Shown here piece by piece: positions 39,101 through 50,300 of a stretch of DNA of 55,558 bases. Position numbers and translations under genes: made by a program. Under the pieces are notes generated by a model. That model searched no databases. It was not told the DNA's origin and worked only from the letters and a program-made list of their open reading frames with translations. Source of the DNA: a virus. Its lineage: Duplodnaviria; Caudoviricetes. The DNA lies in IMG/VR virus record IMGVR_UViG_3300017912_004183, positions 1-55,558 of that record; one strand, given 5' to 3'. Numbering within the stretch: the first letter of the stretch is position 1; every line of letters begins with the position of its first letter.

Positions 39101-42100
39101 GAAAGTTCTTTCAAATATTTTAACACCATTATTTGTCAATTCAAATTCTTTTTTTATACTGGTACTTGTTCCTGTATAAGATCCAAGATAGCTGCCAATG
39201 AATCCATTCATATCAGTATCCACTCTATTATCATCTTGAACTCTTAATGCTGACATGAAGATATTCACATGAGTACTAATATTTGGTGATGGGGTGAATA
39301 AAATTTGAGTTTTGTACTTATTGTCCGAACCATCTAAAATAATTCTGGAACTGATGTTCCCCAAAGATTCTCCGGGATCAGTGTTGACTGTTCCAAATGT
39401 AGTATTGTATGTTTCGTATATTGGTATTCCCAACTGATAGCTATCAACAACAACAAATTCATTTAATTCTATTCTATGGTTTGGACCAGTTGTAGTATCT
39501 GTGATTTGGACAATTGCATATGCAGCATCATATGCACCATGTGTATCATACTCTGCTATTACTGTTTCTTGGGGGTTGATGGATGCTGGTATAGATGTAG
39601 TTTCAGATACAAATGTTGCATTCTTTAAATATTCTGTCTGTGAACCAATAGAATTTTCATCCTCTAATGCAATAACATATGTATTAATAACTGCAGCACT
39701 TACATTGAAATTTTGATGTGGTGTAAAATTAACTACCAACTTTGATTGCTGAATAGATGCATCAAATGTTCCAAATCCAGCATCACTATGCTCTTCTATA
39801 TTTGTGGTTAGTTTTCCAAGTTCCAGAAGATGAACTGTTGACCCATCATTTATAATATTCAACTCTACAACATGATATTCTTTAATAGCTGCTAGAGGAT
39901 TTTGATCTATTTGAACAATTAACTTCATAGATGTATATGAAGAGTCCAATTCAAAGATTTTAGTCGTACCATTTGGTATTGACAATCCTTCAGATCTTAT
40001 TAATGTAGATCCAATAGGATTATTTTCAATACTCGAAATCGTATCTCCCAAATTAAATGATATTGCTGCAACATCATAATTATTAATTTCATATCTTTCT
40101 GGATAGAAATTCAACAATCCTTGATTTCCAAAAGTTGTATAGTCGAATGATCCCAAATCATATTCAGTTTCGACCACAGCATATTGGTTTATATATCCAT
40201 TAAAATTATCACTAATCATATCGATTATTGTGATCTGTCTTTGCTGGGTATATCTTCTATCTTTAATAAGAGTGATAAATTTTGAATATCTTATTTCTCT
40301 ATTATTGAATACAGCTACAGTACTATATTTTGTGGATCTTGGGTTACTATCAAATAAAACAGATAAATCATCAATTTCTAAAACTCTGTTTCCAACAGAT
40401 TCAGAATAATCACCCAAAACTCTACTATTAAATATGATTTTGTTTGATATACCATTTACATCATTCTCTGATACCAAATCAAAATCAGAAAACGAATTTA
40501 AGTTGACCTTTCCAATCAAATCATTAACCTGTTCAAAAGAACCGCTAGATATTCCAACTACCATAGATCCTGGAATGCTTGGAGTTGATTCTATTTGGTA
40601 ATCAGAAAACTTCTTAAATCCAGCTACATGGGTCAATGGAGATACGTCATCATTCCATGTTTCATAAGGAATTCTAGATTTTATAGAATATGAGAAATTT
40701 TGATAGTAATCACTATCTTGCAATCTTTGGAAATCATTATTTAAGAATCCAGATACTGTTTTTGATTTATTTCTAATTTGTAAAGAAGATCCTAGTGGCA
40801 GATGTGATTTTAATCTAAAAGAAGATATAACCTCTCCTTCTGCTTTTGAAGAAGATCCCTTTACTCTTGATCCTATATCATATATTTCATTGGATATAAT
40901 ATGCATGAATCCAGTTTCTTTTTCCCAATGCTGAATACTACCATAGCTCTTTTTACCTTTTATTTCTTCATTTATTTGATAGGACTCTCTACTTAAAAAA
41001 TCACTCTGTACTAAAGAGATATCAAATTTTGGGAAATACGATTCCGGTATTATTCTTCCAAATGAACTTACTTCATCATAAATTCCAGCATTTTCTCCTG
41101 GATCAAATAAATCTGACATACTATATGATATACTACCATAACCACCACCAATACTCTCAACAGTAGAAGATGCAGTGAATAATTTATAATTATAATCTTC
41201 AGAATTAAATCCAATTCCACCTGGTTTTACAGATGTACTTTCTACTAAGAACTTATCACCTGGTTTGATTGGAAAATCTTCAGAATCGCTATATTGAGTA
41301 GATAATACTATTGTTGTATCATGATTGTCCGGATTATATGAAATAGTACTAATACCAATACCATTATTATTGTGAATTGGAATTATAGATGGTATAGCAT
41401 TACTAAGATTATGAGTATTTTGAATAATAGATACTTGGGAATTTCCAATCTCGTATTTTAAATCTAAATCTTCAATAACTTCATCTGTAACCAAATCTTT
41501 CACAATTAACTTTGGTGGTACTAGATAAGCTTTTCCAAAATCAGTTAAAGATATTGATTCTACAGAATATAGTGGATTTACTTTCAAGATTTGAGTGAAT
41601 GATACTGTTGGTCTTAAAGTTTCGTCAGATGGGTAATTTTTCTTCAGATCAGATATCTTAACATTGTTAATTTTTCCAATTGAACTACTAAATGGTTCTA
41701 ATAAAGCATTAATTCCAGCATCACTATCTACCCCAGAAATTCTAGGAATTTTTTTATACCCTTTGCCGGGATTTGTGACAATTATTTTAGAAATAGGACC
41801 CTGTGCAGTTAATGAAGAAGTTTCGTAGGATATATCTGATGTACTAGATGTATATTTGTCTTTTTCGCAAATTTCATTAGTTCCAAACTTTATTTCATCA
41901 TTGGAAACTACTTGGGATTTGTATTTTCCATTATAATTGCTCTCACCGATAGAAATAGTTGACATTCCAAGAATTTCGACATCAGCTACTGGATACCTCT
42001 TTGAATCCGGCATGCCATCTTTAAATATTGGCGTCAATTTGTAAAAAATCGTATCTGGGCAATTTTCATCAATTTTTAATGTTATTGTAGCCCCTGAATC

Positions 42101-45100
42101 AATACCGATGTCCCCAACTCTTTTTATATCACCAATAGAATCTTGCCATTTTATTGTCATCTTATTGTCGATATAAAAATCTAACCTAAATGCACTATAT
42201 CGTATAGATTGGATTAAATATGATAAAGATTCATCTGATACGTTGAATACTATGGTCGAATCTCTATATAATTTTATTTTAGGACTAATAGAACTAATAT
42301 CTCCAGATGATGGGGTATTTACAGATATAAACTTATTCTGAGTCGAATCAGAATAAGAGTTTGACAATGCAATTGTATCAGAATCGATAACTACGATGTA
42401 ATATATTCTATCTGACTCCAAAGTATCGGATGGATTTGATGAGGTGTAGATTACCTTATCTCCAGTACTAAAGCTATGATTCTGTATTTTAATTGTATTA
42501 TTTAAAAGATCAAAATCTGAGTCTACAAATGATTTTTTATTTACAACTAATCTTCTGTTAGTTTCGTTATAAGAAATATAAAATGTGAAAGTTTCTTTTG
42601 GATTTACACTAACAAATATTTCATCACCATTTGATAATCCATGATCCGTATCAGTTTTTATCTTAATCTCATTTTTAGAGACATTACCAATAGTCGTGTC
42701 ATAATTCGTAACAAAACTGTGGTTTTCTCCCAGTCCAACCCCTTCAAAATAAAGCGTTCTACTTGCCTCAAAACCGCTCTGAAGACCTACAAACTCCCCC
42801 TTACCATCTAACCCCACCCTTACAGTGGATATTCCAATTAAGTCCTTTGATATTCTAGCTACAAACAAATTCTGACCATCTGAGAGTGGCGTATCAAGTC
42901 CAACATTTTCTTCAGAAAAAACAATTGCATCTCCACCATTTAAATTATATGTGATAGAATCTCCTGTGATTAAACCATGATCTTTAAGATAAATTGATTT
43001 TGGTGGAACATATAAATCTCCATCCTCAGTAGATACTAAAGTTGCTGATCCGGATCCTAACCCAAGAGATTGCGATGGACTAAAGTAAAATTCCTTGTTG
43101 GATTTCAGATTAAATGACTCATTTGATAAAATTGTCAATTTTCTAGAAAGTTCGCTTAAACCTGAGAATATACTATGAGCTGCCCCCACAGTATTATCAT
43201 ATCCTCTTAATACTCTTAATTTGGACTGAGTTTTATATACATTCAGAACTTTTACCTTTTCTGAGTCGATCTGTAGAATATCATTTTCTCTTATTCTGTC
43301 TGCAGATAAATTTCCAACAACACTAAATTGGGTAATAATTCCAGTTTGGGATGAATCAAGAATATTTTCAGATATTTTTAAAATATTTTCATTAACCTTT
43401 GCAGTGTATACTCCACCCAATTCAAAATTATTAGACAAACCATCAACACTTATGATATCGTTATTGTTTAGATTGTGTGGTAATTGAGAAGTAACAATAT
43501 ATTCATTTTTTCTATTTGTTGAGGATATTTCTATATCATCAACTTTAACATTTTCTGAAGTTATTTCATTTACAGATTTTCCCTTGATTCTGAATACTTC
43601 TGCAGATGCATTTTCCCCATCACTATCAATATTGTCAAAAATTACTTTATCTCCGACTTTATAAGAATCTCCTGAATTTTTTACGATTATTGATTCAATA
43701 TTGCCAAGATTGATTGAATTAACCGTCAATCTTTGTGAGGATATATCTGGTAAATCTAAGTACTCGTAATCTTCATCTAAATTGTATGGTGAAGTATTTC
43801 TTGCCCAATTATTATTAAATACATATTCACTTTGATTTGATGATTTTTCAAAATTAAAATCTATTGGAGAATTATTGAAAGAATCTCCAATTAAATATGG
43901 GAATTGTGGTTTTTTATATCTTATAAACTTTCCAGATGATTCTACAGAAACTGGGTTGACAGTTGAAAAATATGCATATGTCCCTTCTGGAAAATCTGGA
44001 GTTATACAGAATCTTCCATTATTTTCATCTAGAACATCTTCATCTGTAGAATCAAAGTACGTATAATCTTCGACGAAGAATCCCTCTGGATATATTCCAG
44101 TGGGGGGTCTATTTGGTTTCAAATCTAATCTATATCCAGATTTCATTTGTGCAATTGAACCACCATCTATTCTAGAATATCCATATGGACCATAAATTGG
44201 GTTTCCATCATAAGCCCAACCTATAATTGGAGAGTGATCTACCGATTCAATTTCTTTATTATTATTTTTTCTTAAATCTTTTGAACCATATATTTCATTT
44301 CCGGTTGAATCTATTGAATTTAAAGATTCTCTTAATGATCTTGGTGCATAAATGTATGAGCATTGCAATCCATAGTTATCATTTATAGAATTTGCTATAA
44401 TTACATCATCTTGTTCTATATCATTGATATTCTTCTCAAACAAGTTTATATTCCACGACTGAATCTTAGTATTAAACTTTGCTTCCTGTCCGGGTGATTC
44501 TATAATTATGAAAGTTTCTTGACTATATCCAAATCCACTATTTACTACCTTAATTTCTCGTAAAAATCCATTTTCTACTATTGGAGTTAATACAGCTCCA
44601 GATCCTTCTCCAACAATTCTTAAATTCGGAGTAGAAGTATAATTTCTACCTTGATTTAGGATAATTATATCAACAATTTCTCCATTATTCACGACTGGAC
44701 TTGCTTGTGCGCTTACACCAGAGTCTAGATAAACATCTGGTGTCCTATTATAATTTACAATTTCAGAAGATCCATATCCATGTCCACCATTCGATAAATG
44801 TACACTTTCGACTTGTCCCTTAAAAATAGGTTGTACTTTAACTTCAAAATTTTCTTGTCCGATTGCAGAAATACCAATTTTGCTTGATATCTTTACTTGT
44901 ATCTCTGGGCAATTAAATATATGATTGCCACTTCCATATGAAGTTAAGTTTACGTATTGCTTATTTTTGTAGAATATGTCTTTGTCATCATTATCAACAT
45001 GAGAAAGAATAAATTCATTAGAATTTATTGCAGTAACGATATACTCATCACCTATAACTAATCCACCAATTGCAGTTCCTGTGGTAGAAAAATATTTAAT

Positions 45101-47947
45101 ATATTCCCCAGAAGTGTACCTATGATTTTCAATGTAAAAAGAGTTCTTCTGTAAGTTTATATGATCTTCTTTTACTATTCTCTTTTTATTTTGATAATTG
45201 ATGCCACTACTAATAATATTGAATGATTCTACACATTGCTTATTTTCGGTAGATTCTAAACTATGATACCCCTTACCAATAGAAGTTAAACTTACTACAT
45301 TTGTTCCAGAAATCGCATCATTTCTTGTTTCATGCAATAAAACAGTGACATCATCCTGTACAGAAACATAATATGCAGATCCATTAGCAATACCACCAAT
45401 TGTCTGTTGATCATTTGTCTTATATAAAACACTTTCACCGGTTTTAAATTTATGATAAGTAGAAAAACCAATAGTGTTATTGACAGTAGAAATTGATAAT
45501 GAATTAAAATCCTCTGAATGGATTATTTTCTTCATATTTGTAGAAATCTTTGCACCAACTCCATTTCCGCCAACTATTGTAATAATTGGTGGTTCTTGAT
45601 AATCAAAACCTGGATCTATAATTTGTATCTCCTCCAGAGATCCAGATATATCAACAAATCCTTCAGCATCTTGCCCATATTGATCAGAAATGACTAAATT
45701 TGGTGGATTTATGATATCATAATCAAATCCATTAGAAATTACATCAATTTTTTCAATTTTTCCGTAATTTATTGAATATTGTGATTTATAATTTAGAATT
45801 TCTGTTCCATTGATCAGAATTCCAGTAAATCCTGGACCTGTTTTTACTTTTTCAGAAGTTTTTTCTGGTTTTTGTAATTTTCTTGTTAAAAGTTGATTTC
45901 CAATCGATTTTTCTTTAAATTCATATGGTTCTATGGTGTTATTTTCGACTATTTTTTGAGAATTTAAAGAAATGAACTTCGATTTATCAATATTTGATAA
46001 ACTTAACGAAAATTTAACCTCTGTAGCGGAGATTCTCTTGATAAAGTACAAACCTTCTTCAAATATTGAAGATTTTGTAACTTCAGTCTCTGTAAAACCA
46101 AGGAGTGACTCATCTGGATCTTCATCTATGACTATTTCTACCTCTGGTTTGTAGTAAATTGCATCGCCAGTGTAAAAACCATGATCTCCTGACTGTACAA
46201 TTTTGAATATTTCTGAATTTTCTACAAAAGTTCCAGAAAAAGTGACTTTTTTTCCTCCAGTTTTTACCAAATTTGATGGTATTGAGGATGATGCGATCAA
46301 ATGTTGATCCTTAGTATTGTGTTTGTATACATTTTGTACGTCTGTTAAGAAAAAATTGTTGGATTTGTGTATATTCCTTCTAACTTTTAACCTATCTTCA
46401 GACAATGCAACTTCACATCTTACAATCAAACTAGTATCTGACACTATTTCGGATACTGACCCCAATTTTTCAGAAGAATCTGGAAAAATTATAGTAACAG
46501 AGTCGCCCTCTCTAAAATAATGTGATTTTTTTAAATTAATTTGATATGTATTGTCAGACTGATCGATTAAAATGGACTCGTCAATCTTGAAAACCGCAGA
46601 ATTGTTGTATGCCCAGTGATGATCTTTGATAGTTTCTCCACTATATCCAAGAGTTTTGAACTGTATTGGGAGATTTTTATGATATCCATAATTTTCATCA
46701 GAAAATTCTATGCTTTGTGGTATTGAATTGACTCTTACTTGAATTATGTCATCACCAGACTTTGCATATGCGAATGTATCAATCGATATTGTATAAGAAT
46801 CTAATATTTTTTTAGTAACATTAGAACAACCAAAGAATTGATTGAGTGATTTTGATGTATATGTGACGGATCCAATTGTCTGATCCTCATATACCACATA
46901 TAATTCCCCATCATTCGGGAAACCAATAGTAGAATCGACAGTTATAACTGTAGAATTTGCCAGTATATCGCCAATAACCTTTGTTTTTGGATGTACAGTA
47001 AAGGATCCAGATATAGAACTTTTTAATCCAATGTCCCTATTGGATCCGTCACCAGAATCCAACCTAGCTTTATAATAAACATCTCCTCCCGGATCACTAA
47101 TTTTTTCAATAATCGTAATTGGTGAGAATGCTTCTCCAAAAATATCCTTATATGGGTCTTGATATAAAGTGGAAAGATTTAACTTTTCTGGATCTCCTGA
47201 TATAACTTCTAATACTATTTCATCATATATATCATAATTTGAGTTAGATGGAGTAAATATATAATTTTTAGGACTGATAATGTCAATTTTTTCACCATAA
47301 AGTAACTTGAAGAGTAATTCAAATCCAGTTTTTGTTCCTTTTACTGCATAGAAATCTCTACTTTTCTGTAAAAAAAGATTTTCATCTACAGAATCTGCAA
47401 ATTTCTTATTTTCCAGTCCCGGTAGGAACTGGTATTTCATTTTTGTGAACATTTCTTTCAAGAAAAGTACGCTAAGATTTTCTATTTTTGCGCCCTGATC
47501 ATGACTAGAAACTCTGGTCTTTTCAAATGTTAGATCACCTAAGTTATTATCATCTACAAACTTTGTTATACCACTAAAACCACGAATACATCCAGTAAAA
47601 GAGAACGCAGTTTTTCCTCTATATGTAATAACTTCATCATCAATTTTAAGAAGTCCAAATGATTCTGGGAACCCAGTTGTTCCTGTTGGAGATGTTGTTG
47701 GGTCAATATGAATTGTACTATCAAATAAACTTACATCTCTCAGCAAATATACAGAATCTTTTATGTTTGATAATGCATCAATCCCAACATACTTATCAAT
47801 ATTTTGTATCAAATCAAGCGGTCCACCCTGATATTCCTGTCCAATGTAATATTGCTCTAGAAATTTTTCAAATATGGGGTATTGTTCACGAACATAGTTC
47901 GGAATCTGACTTTTTAATACTTGACTAATCTGAATTCTTTCGGACAT
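36131..47947 (-). CDS. gp7: Baseplate wedge initiator (giant cyanophage form)
   Basis: 3938 aa following gp6; DFYAVKGT..GF..LFKLLYG, HSPIIGWAYDGNPIYGPYGY, LDENNGRFCITPDFPEGTYAYF and LQDSDYYQNFSY motifs. Confidence 0.88.
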   Translation of the reverse strand: MSERIQISQVLKSQIPNYVREQYPIFEKFLEQYYIGQEYQGGPLDLIQNIDKYVGIDALSNIKDSVYLLRDVSLFDSTIHIDPTTSPTGTTGFPESFGLLKIDDEVITYRGKTAFSFTGCIRGFSGITKFVDDNNLGDLTFEKTRVSSHDQGAKIENLSVLFLKEMFTKMKYQFLPGLENKKFADSVDENLFLQKSRDFYAVKGTKTGFELLFKLLYGEKIDIISPKNYIFTPSNSNYDIYDEIVLEVISGDPEKLNLSTLYQDPYKDIFGEAFSPITIIEKISDPGGDVYYKARLDSGDGSNRDIGLKSSISGSFTVHPKTKVIGDILANSTVITVDSTIGFPNDGELYVVYEDQTIGSVTYTSKSLNQFFGCSNVTKKILDSYTISIDTFAYAKSGDDIIQVRVNSIPQSIEFSDENYGYHKNLPIQFKTLGYSGETIKDHHWAYNNSAVFKIDESILIDQSDNTYQINLKKSHYFREGDSVTIIFPDSSEKLGSVSEIVSDTSLIVRCEVALSEDRLKVRRNIHKSNNFFLTDVQNVYKHNTKDQHLIASSSIPSNLVKTGGKKVTFSGTFVENSEIFKIVQSGDHGFYTGDAIYYKPEVEIVIDEDPDESLLGFTETEVTKSSIFEEGLYFIKRISATEVKFSLSLSNIDKSKFISLNSQKIVENNTIEPYEFKEKSIGNQLLTRKLQKPEKTSEKVKTGPGFTGILINGTEILNYKSQYSINYGKIEKIDVISNGFDYDIINPPNLVISDQYGQDAEGFVDISGSLEEIQIIDPGFDYQEPPIITIVGGNGVGAKISTNMKKIIHSEDFNSLSISTVNNTIGFSTYHKFKTGESVLYKTNDQQTIGGIANGSAYYVSVQDDVTVLLHETRNDAISGTNVVSLTSIGKGYHSLESTENKQCVESFNIISSGINYQNKKRIVKEDHINLQKNSFYIENHRYTSGEYIKYFSTTGTAIGGLVIGDEYIVTAINSNEFILSHVDNDDKDIFYKNKQYVNLTSYGSGNHIFNCPEIQVKISSKIGISAIGQENFEVKVQPIFKGQVESVHLSNGGHGYGSSEIVNYNRTPDVYLDSGVSAQASPVVNNGEIVDIIILNQGRNYTSTPNLRIVGEGSGAVLTPIVENGFLREIKVVNSGFGYSQETFIIIESPGQEAKFNTKIQSWNINLFEKNINDIEQDDVIIANSINDNYGLQCSYIYAPRSLRESLNSIDSTGNEIYGSKDLRKNNNKEIESVDHSPIIGWAYDGNPIYGPYGYSRIDGGSIAQMKSGYRLDLKPNRPPTGIYPEGFFVEDYTYFDSTDEDVLDENNGRFCITPDFPEGTYAYFSTVNPVSVESSGKFIRYKKPQFPYLIGDSFNNSPIDFNFEKSSNQSEYVFNNNWARNTSPYNLDEDYEYLDLPDISSQRLTVNSINLGNIESIIVKNSGDSYKVGDKVIFDNIDSDGENASAEVFRIKGKSVNEITSENVKVDDIEISSTNRKNEYIVTSQLPHNLNNNDIISVDGLSNNFELGGVYTAKVNENILKISENILDSSQTGIITQFSVVGNLSADRIRENDILQIDSEKVKVLNVYKTQSKLRVLRGYDNTVGAAHSIFSGLSELSRKLTILSNESFNLKSNKEFYFSPSQSLGLGSGSATLVSTEDGDLYVPPKSIYLKDHGLITGDSITYNLNGGDAIVFSEENVGLDTPLSDGQNLFVARISKDLIGISTVRVGLDGKGEFVGLQSGFEASRTLYFEGVGLGENHSFVTNYDTTIGNVSKNEIKIKTDTDHGLSNGDEIFVSVNPKETFTFYISYNETNRRLVVNKKSFVDSDFDLLNNTIKIQNHSFSTGDKVIYTSSNPSDTLESDRIYYIVVIDSDTIALSNSYSDSTQNKFISVNTPSSGDISSISPKIKLYRDSTIVFNVSDESLSYLIQSIRYSAFRLDFYIDNKMTIKWQDSIGDIKRVGDIGIDSGATITLKIDENCPDTIFYKLTPIFKDGMPDSKRYPVADVEILGMSTISIGESNYNGKYKSQVVSNDEIKFGTNEICEKDKYTSSTSDISYETSSLTAQGPISKIIVTNPGKGYKKIPRISGVDSDAGINALLEPFSSSIGKINNVKISDLKKNYPSDETLRPTVSFTQILKVNPLYSVESISLTDFGKAYLVPPKLIVKDLVTDEVIEDLDLKYEIGNSQVSIIQNTHNLSNAIPSIIPIHNNNGIGISTISYNPDNHDTTIVLSTQYSDSEDFPIKPGDKFLVESTSVKPGGIGFNSEDYNYKLFTASSTVESIGGGYGSISYSMSDLFDPGENAGIYDEVSSFGRIIPESYFPKFDISLVQSDFLSRESYQINEEIKGKKSYGSIQHWEKETGFMHIISNEIYDIGSRVKGSSSKAEGEVISSFRLKSHLPLGSSLQIRNKSKTVSGFLNNDFQRLQDSDYYQNFSYSIKSRIPYETWNDDVSPLTHVAGFKKFSDYQIESTPSIPGSMVVGISSGSFEQVNDLIGKVNLNSFSDFDLVSENDVNGISNKIIFNSRVLGDYSESVGNRVLEIDDLSVLFDSNPRSTKYSTVAVFNNREIRYSKFITLIKDRRYTQQRQITIIDMISDNFNGYINQYAVVETEYDLGSFDYTTFGNQGLLNFYPERYEINNYDVAAISFNLGDTISSIENNPIGSTLIRSEGLSIPNGTTKIFELDSSYTSMKLIVQIDQNPLAAIKEYHVVELNIINDGSTVHLLELGKLTTNIEEHSDAGFGTFDASIQQSKLVVNFTPHQNFNVSAAVINTYVIALEDENSIGSQTEYLKNATFVSETTSIPASINPQETVIAEYDTHGAYDAAYAIVQITDTTTGPNHRIELNEFVVVDSYQLGIPIYETYNTTFGTVNTDPGESLGNISSRIILDGSDNKYKTQILFTPSPNISTHVNIFMSALRVQDDNRVDTDMNGFIGSYLGSYTGTSTSIKKEFELTNNGVKIFERTFDSEDELTVNLEDSLLTVENHFFVSGEPIKYKPGNYDGVFSAIEIEPTSFSGIGVTDRLPTDLFAVKVSNDEIQFASSAKNALKFTPEVIKFKNFGVGTSHKISARDQNGKALISVDNVVQSPIVSTTLTTLVAEEVYTVNDTIAFDDITGFYSGDLIRIGEEIMRIDAVGVQNQNLVRVRRDQLGTKVSGYPVGTTITKISGNFNIVDNMLYFIDPPYGTVPISNPLGSPEDRDWDGVGSSSTFNGRIFLRSGIPNTSQEPYSTNYVFDDISDQFDAVEKEFILKSEGSNISGIENGIILINGMFQYPNGVNFEIESSTLSGLTTMTFSGQSRTITNDVGISSFPKGGQIVSVGSSEGFGYQPLITAGGSASLNANGEIDSISIGNSGSGYRSGFQVVNVSVRNSSNERVQVGTADVVDGRVTGVTITNPGSGYLVEPEVIFDSPLGYSDLPLVYANNTTGTGIGASISVVVGQESRVIDFSITNSGYGYKSGDRLTVPITSSVGIQTNTNFTEFIITVDRISTDKFSGWTLGELEVMDNIEPYIDGEAKMFPLLKNNKEKSILAQRGSDIVLQNLLIIFVNSILQVPGKAYDFNGGSMVEFREPLRKGDTVDIMFYKGSGEVDVIPKNVIDTVKTGDDLQIVNDPSVGQSLFLKEDLRIAEDVRSTNIVLTNPYYGPGNVDQESLLRPIIWTRQTEDRIINDIPVGKDRELYEPVINPVAFLLNQVGVGQTTLYVDNIKPAFDPRNESIITRSFQKNITFIAQDDIKVEDAKVLTYSGDYGVIVGFGVTSNPTNKAIFDLYIPEDSILRDASIVGTATTVSELSIGDYFCVHSSNINADSSLYPLLSYNEDRTQLVGVTQSFVDSVFVVQSAQDIQKNVNGVSVTVRRVFCNIKQEGDSFSFDSDTVTFDSTVETFDNNETIISTGTVYNGAISTEPYIGEYSWGKIILGNRTKHYNYTASILSGYDGISSSTIIKRSVPLQHSDYSP

Positions 47948-47955
47948 GTTTCTCT

Positions 47956-49884
47956 TTATACTCTATTTGGGCGGACTAATGTATTTGAAGCATAACTTGA
48001 CGATACAATATAATTTGATGCTGATGGGTCAAGTCCGGATGAAATATTATCGATGATTGTTTCAAATGTACTATTACTAGTATCTAGCTGTAAATAAAGA
48101 TCCTGTAATCCGATAACATCATTAGAGCTTGGGCATGCTGATATTTCAATTGTTGGTTGACCATTTCTCATATTTGCTTCTGTAATTACAACAGGATTCA
48201 GTGTTATAATTCCATTGATATAATCTATTCTTCCAACATTTCTTCTAACAATCGTTGGAGTCTGGGAGTTTTCTGATGGAACTGTAAAGAAGAAAAGTGA
48301 TCCACTTTCTTGATTTGTATCTGGGACATCTGTTAGATACAAATCAGAATCAATGCCATCAATTTTAAATGATGTTGATTTGATATTATATCCATTTGCA
48401 GATTTGATATGGAAACGATTTCCAAATCCAATTGCATATTCAGCAAAACTATTTAAAACGGGTCTTAAATCTCTACGAATATTAATACTTGTAATGTTTG
48501 ACGTAATGCCATCATGACTATTGTCGATAATATTAAGAAACTTACTATACTTAAATCTAGATCCATATCTATTTAAATCAGTAGATCTTGAGTACTTTGT
48601 GATATTATACTGAACGATATTGGATACTTCAAGTTTATCTGCTTTACTTGAATTGTAATATATCTTTGAATCTACTTCAATATAAAGATATTTCAAATCT
48701 AAGATCTCTGGAACAATTCCTGTAACAGCATATTTCTTTAACTTAAGTTTGATTTCACTTTTAACTAAGCTTGAAAGAAAATCTCCGTTCCTTGGTTTGA
48801 TACTGATGAATACTTTTCCATATTGTGGAGGAACTAGTTCTTCTCCACCGAACACCGATATTGACTCGGTCTCTGGATAAATTTTATTTGGTATCAGCAC
48901 TTCATAATCTTGTGCAGTTACTGCTCTATTTTGTGTACCATAGATCTTTGGTGCATACCTACGAATAGATTCAATAGTTTCAATCGCATCTCCTCCATAT
49001 GATGGGGCAACTGTTGTTACTGCAGATATTCCCTGAGTCGCATTATATTCTGCACCATTCCTAATGTAGTACAAACTTCCAGTAAATTGGAATCCTGATA
49101 CACCATTTGCTGCATCACCATTTGTTGTAATATAGTCAATAGTAATGACATTTCCTTCCTCTAATTTATCACCAAATACACCATCTCCAAAGAATATCTC
49201 ATACTGCTCATTTGCAGATTCTTGAATATAGAAAACCTTAGATTTGTTTAAATTTAAAATATCAGCATATGCTCTATATGTTGTGGATGCAGTAGAACTT
49301 TCAGTTTTACGAACTTTAACTCTGATCAATTCAGTATCGATACCAACATTAGGTAGCATGAATTTCTGTTTATCATCTCTTGCATTAAATGTATAAGATT
49401 TTGATAAAAGTGTTCCTTCATAGATTGAAATATCATCAAACAATGCAATTCCATTTACAACTGGAACAGTAATGTCCTCTGAGATTGAATATACAAATGA
49501 TTGCCCAGTAATACTAGAACCAGAAATTGCAACAGGTCCTTTCCGTAATGTAAGAGTAGATGGCGCTGGTGATATATCTGCTGCATTTACAGAAAAAGAT
49601 ATTACTGCTTTTGATGCTTTTCTAGATCTTGGCAAATATCCAATATTCTTTGCAAGTGATACAACATTTTCTCTTAATGTTGCACTATCAATAAAAACTT
49701 CATTTGCCACCATGTTGGCATTATATGATGAGATATACGTATTATACGCTAGTATATCGAGCATCGTTGATATGTTTGATCCCTCAAAATCATAATCAGT
49801 AAAATTAGAATTCGCTCTCAAGTAACCTTTGAGCAATTCTCTTATATCTTCAAAATCTAAGCTGGTGAAATTGATAAGTGGCAT
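47956..49884 (-). CDS. gp6: Baseplate wedge subunit
   Basis: LDFEDI, FTDYDFEGS, LAYNTY, FGDGVFG, QNRAVTAQDY and PPQYGKVFISIKP motifs. Confidence 0.96.
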   Translation of the reverse strand: MPLINFTSLDFEDIRELLKGYLRANSNFTDYDFEGSNISTMLDILAYNTYISSYNANMVANEVFIDSATLRENVVSLAKNIGYLPRSRKASKAVISFSVNAADISPAPSTLTLRKGPVAISGSSITGQSFVYSISEDITVPVVNGIALFDDISIYEGTLLSKSYTFNARDDKQKFMLPNVGIDTELIRVKVRKTESSTASTTYRAYADILNLNKSKVFYIQESANEQYEIFFGDGVFGDKLEEGNVITIDYITTNGDAANGVSGFQFTGSLYYIRNGAEYNATQGISAVTTVAPSYGGDAIETIESIRRYAPKIYGTQNRAVTAQDYEVLIPNKIYPETESISVFGGEELVPPQYGKVFISIKPRNGDFLSSLVKSEIKLKLKKYAVTGIVPEILDLKYLYIEVDSKIYYNSSKADKLEVSNIVQYNITKYSRSTDLNRYGSRFKYSKFLNIIDNSHDGITSNITSINIRRDLRPVLNSFAEYAIGFGNRFHIKSANGYNIKSTSFKIDGIDSDLYLTDVPDTNQESGSLFFFTVPSENSQTPTIVRRNVGRIDYINGIITLNPVVITEANMRNGQPTIEISACPSSNDVIGLQDLYLQLDTSNSTFETIIDNISSGLDPSASNYIVSSSYASNTLVRPNRV

Positions 49885-49886
49885 CT

Positions 49887-50294
49887 TTATCTAGTTGGCT
49901 GTAAAACAAATTCTAATCTCTGTACTTGCGAATTGATGTCAATTCCAATAATTTCAAATGTAATTGTTACATTGAATTCATTGCCATCATAGTTTGGACT
50001 TACATCAACTCCTATTAATCTCACTCGTGGTTCATAATTAATAATCGAAGCACGAATCTTACCCTGGATCACAGATGAAGTGATTTCATCTAAGTTTTCA
50101 AATAGTGCATTCTCTATATCAGATCCAAATCTGGGATCAAAAAATTTTTCGCCATACTGAGTATATACAATATTACGAATAGATCTCGCAATTGCAGTTT
50201 CGTTACTAATTGTAATGATATCATCAGTTAAAGGATTCCTTTTGAAAGATAAACTAATATCTTTGAATCCTTTACTGACTCTCTCTAAAGGCAT
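49887..50294 (-). CDS. gp25: Baseplate wedge subunit / sheath initiator
   Basis: FKDISLSF..NP, AIARSIRNIV.T..GEKFF.P.FGS and YEPRV motifs. Confidence 0.95.
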   Translation of the reverse strand: MPLERVSKGFKDISLSFKRNPLTDDIITISNETAIARSIRNIVYTQYGEKFFDPRFGSDIENALFENLDEITSSVIQGKIRASIINYEPRVRLIGVDVSPNYDGNEFNVTITFEIIGIDINSQVQRLEFVLQPTR

Positions 50295-50300
50295 CTAAAT

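Noticed and set aside
36131-47947. Giant 3938-aa ORF as a novelty or intein carrier
   Set aside because: Very large gp7-like proteins are expected in cyanomyoviruses; no intein splice motifs noticed
817-49795. Numerous plus-strand ORFs of 60-185 aa
   Set aside because: All are antisense shadows of well-supported minus-strand genes, with no recognisable motifs
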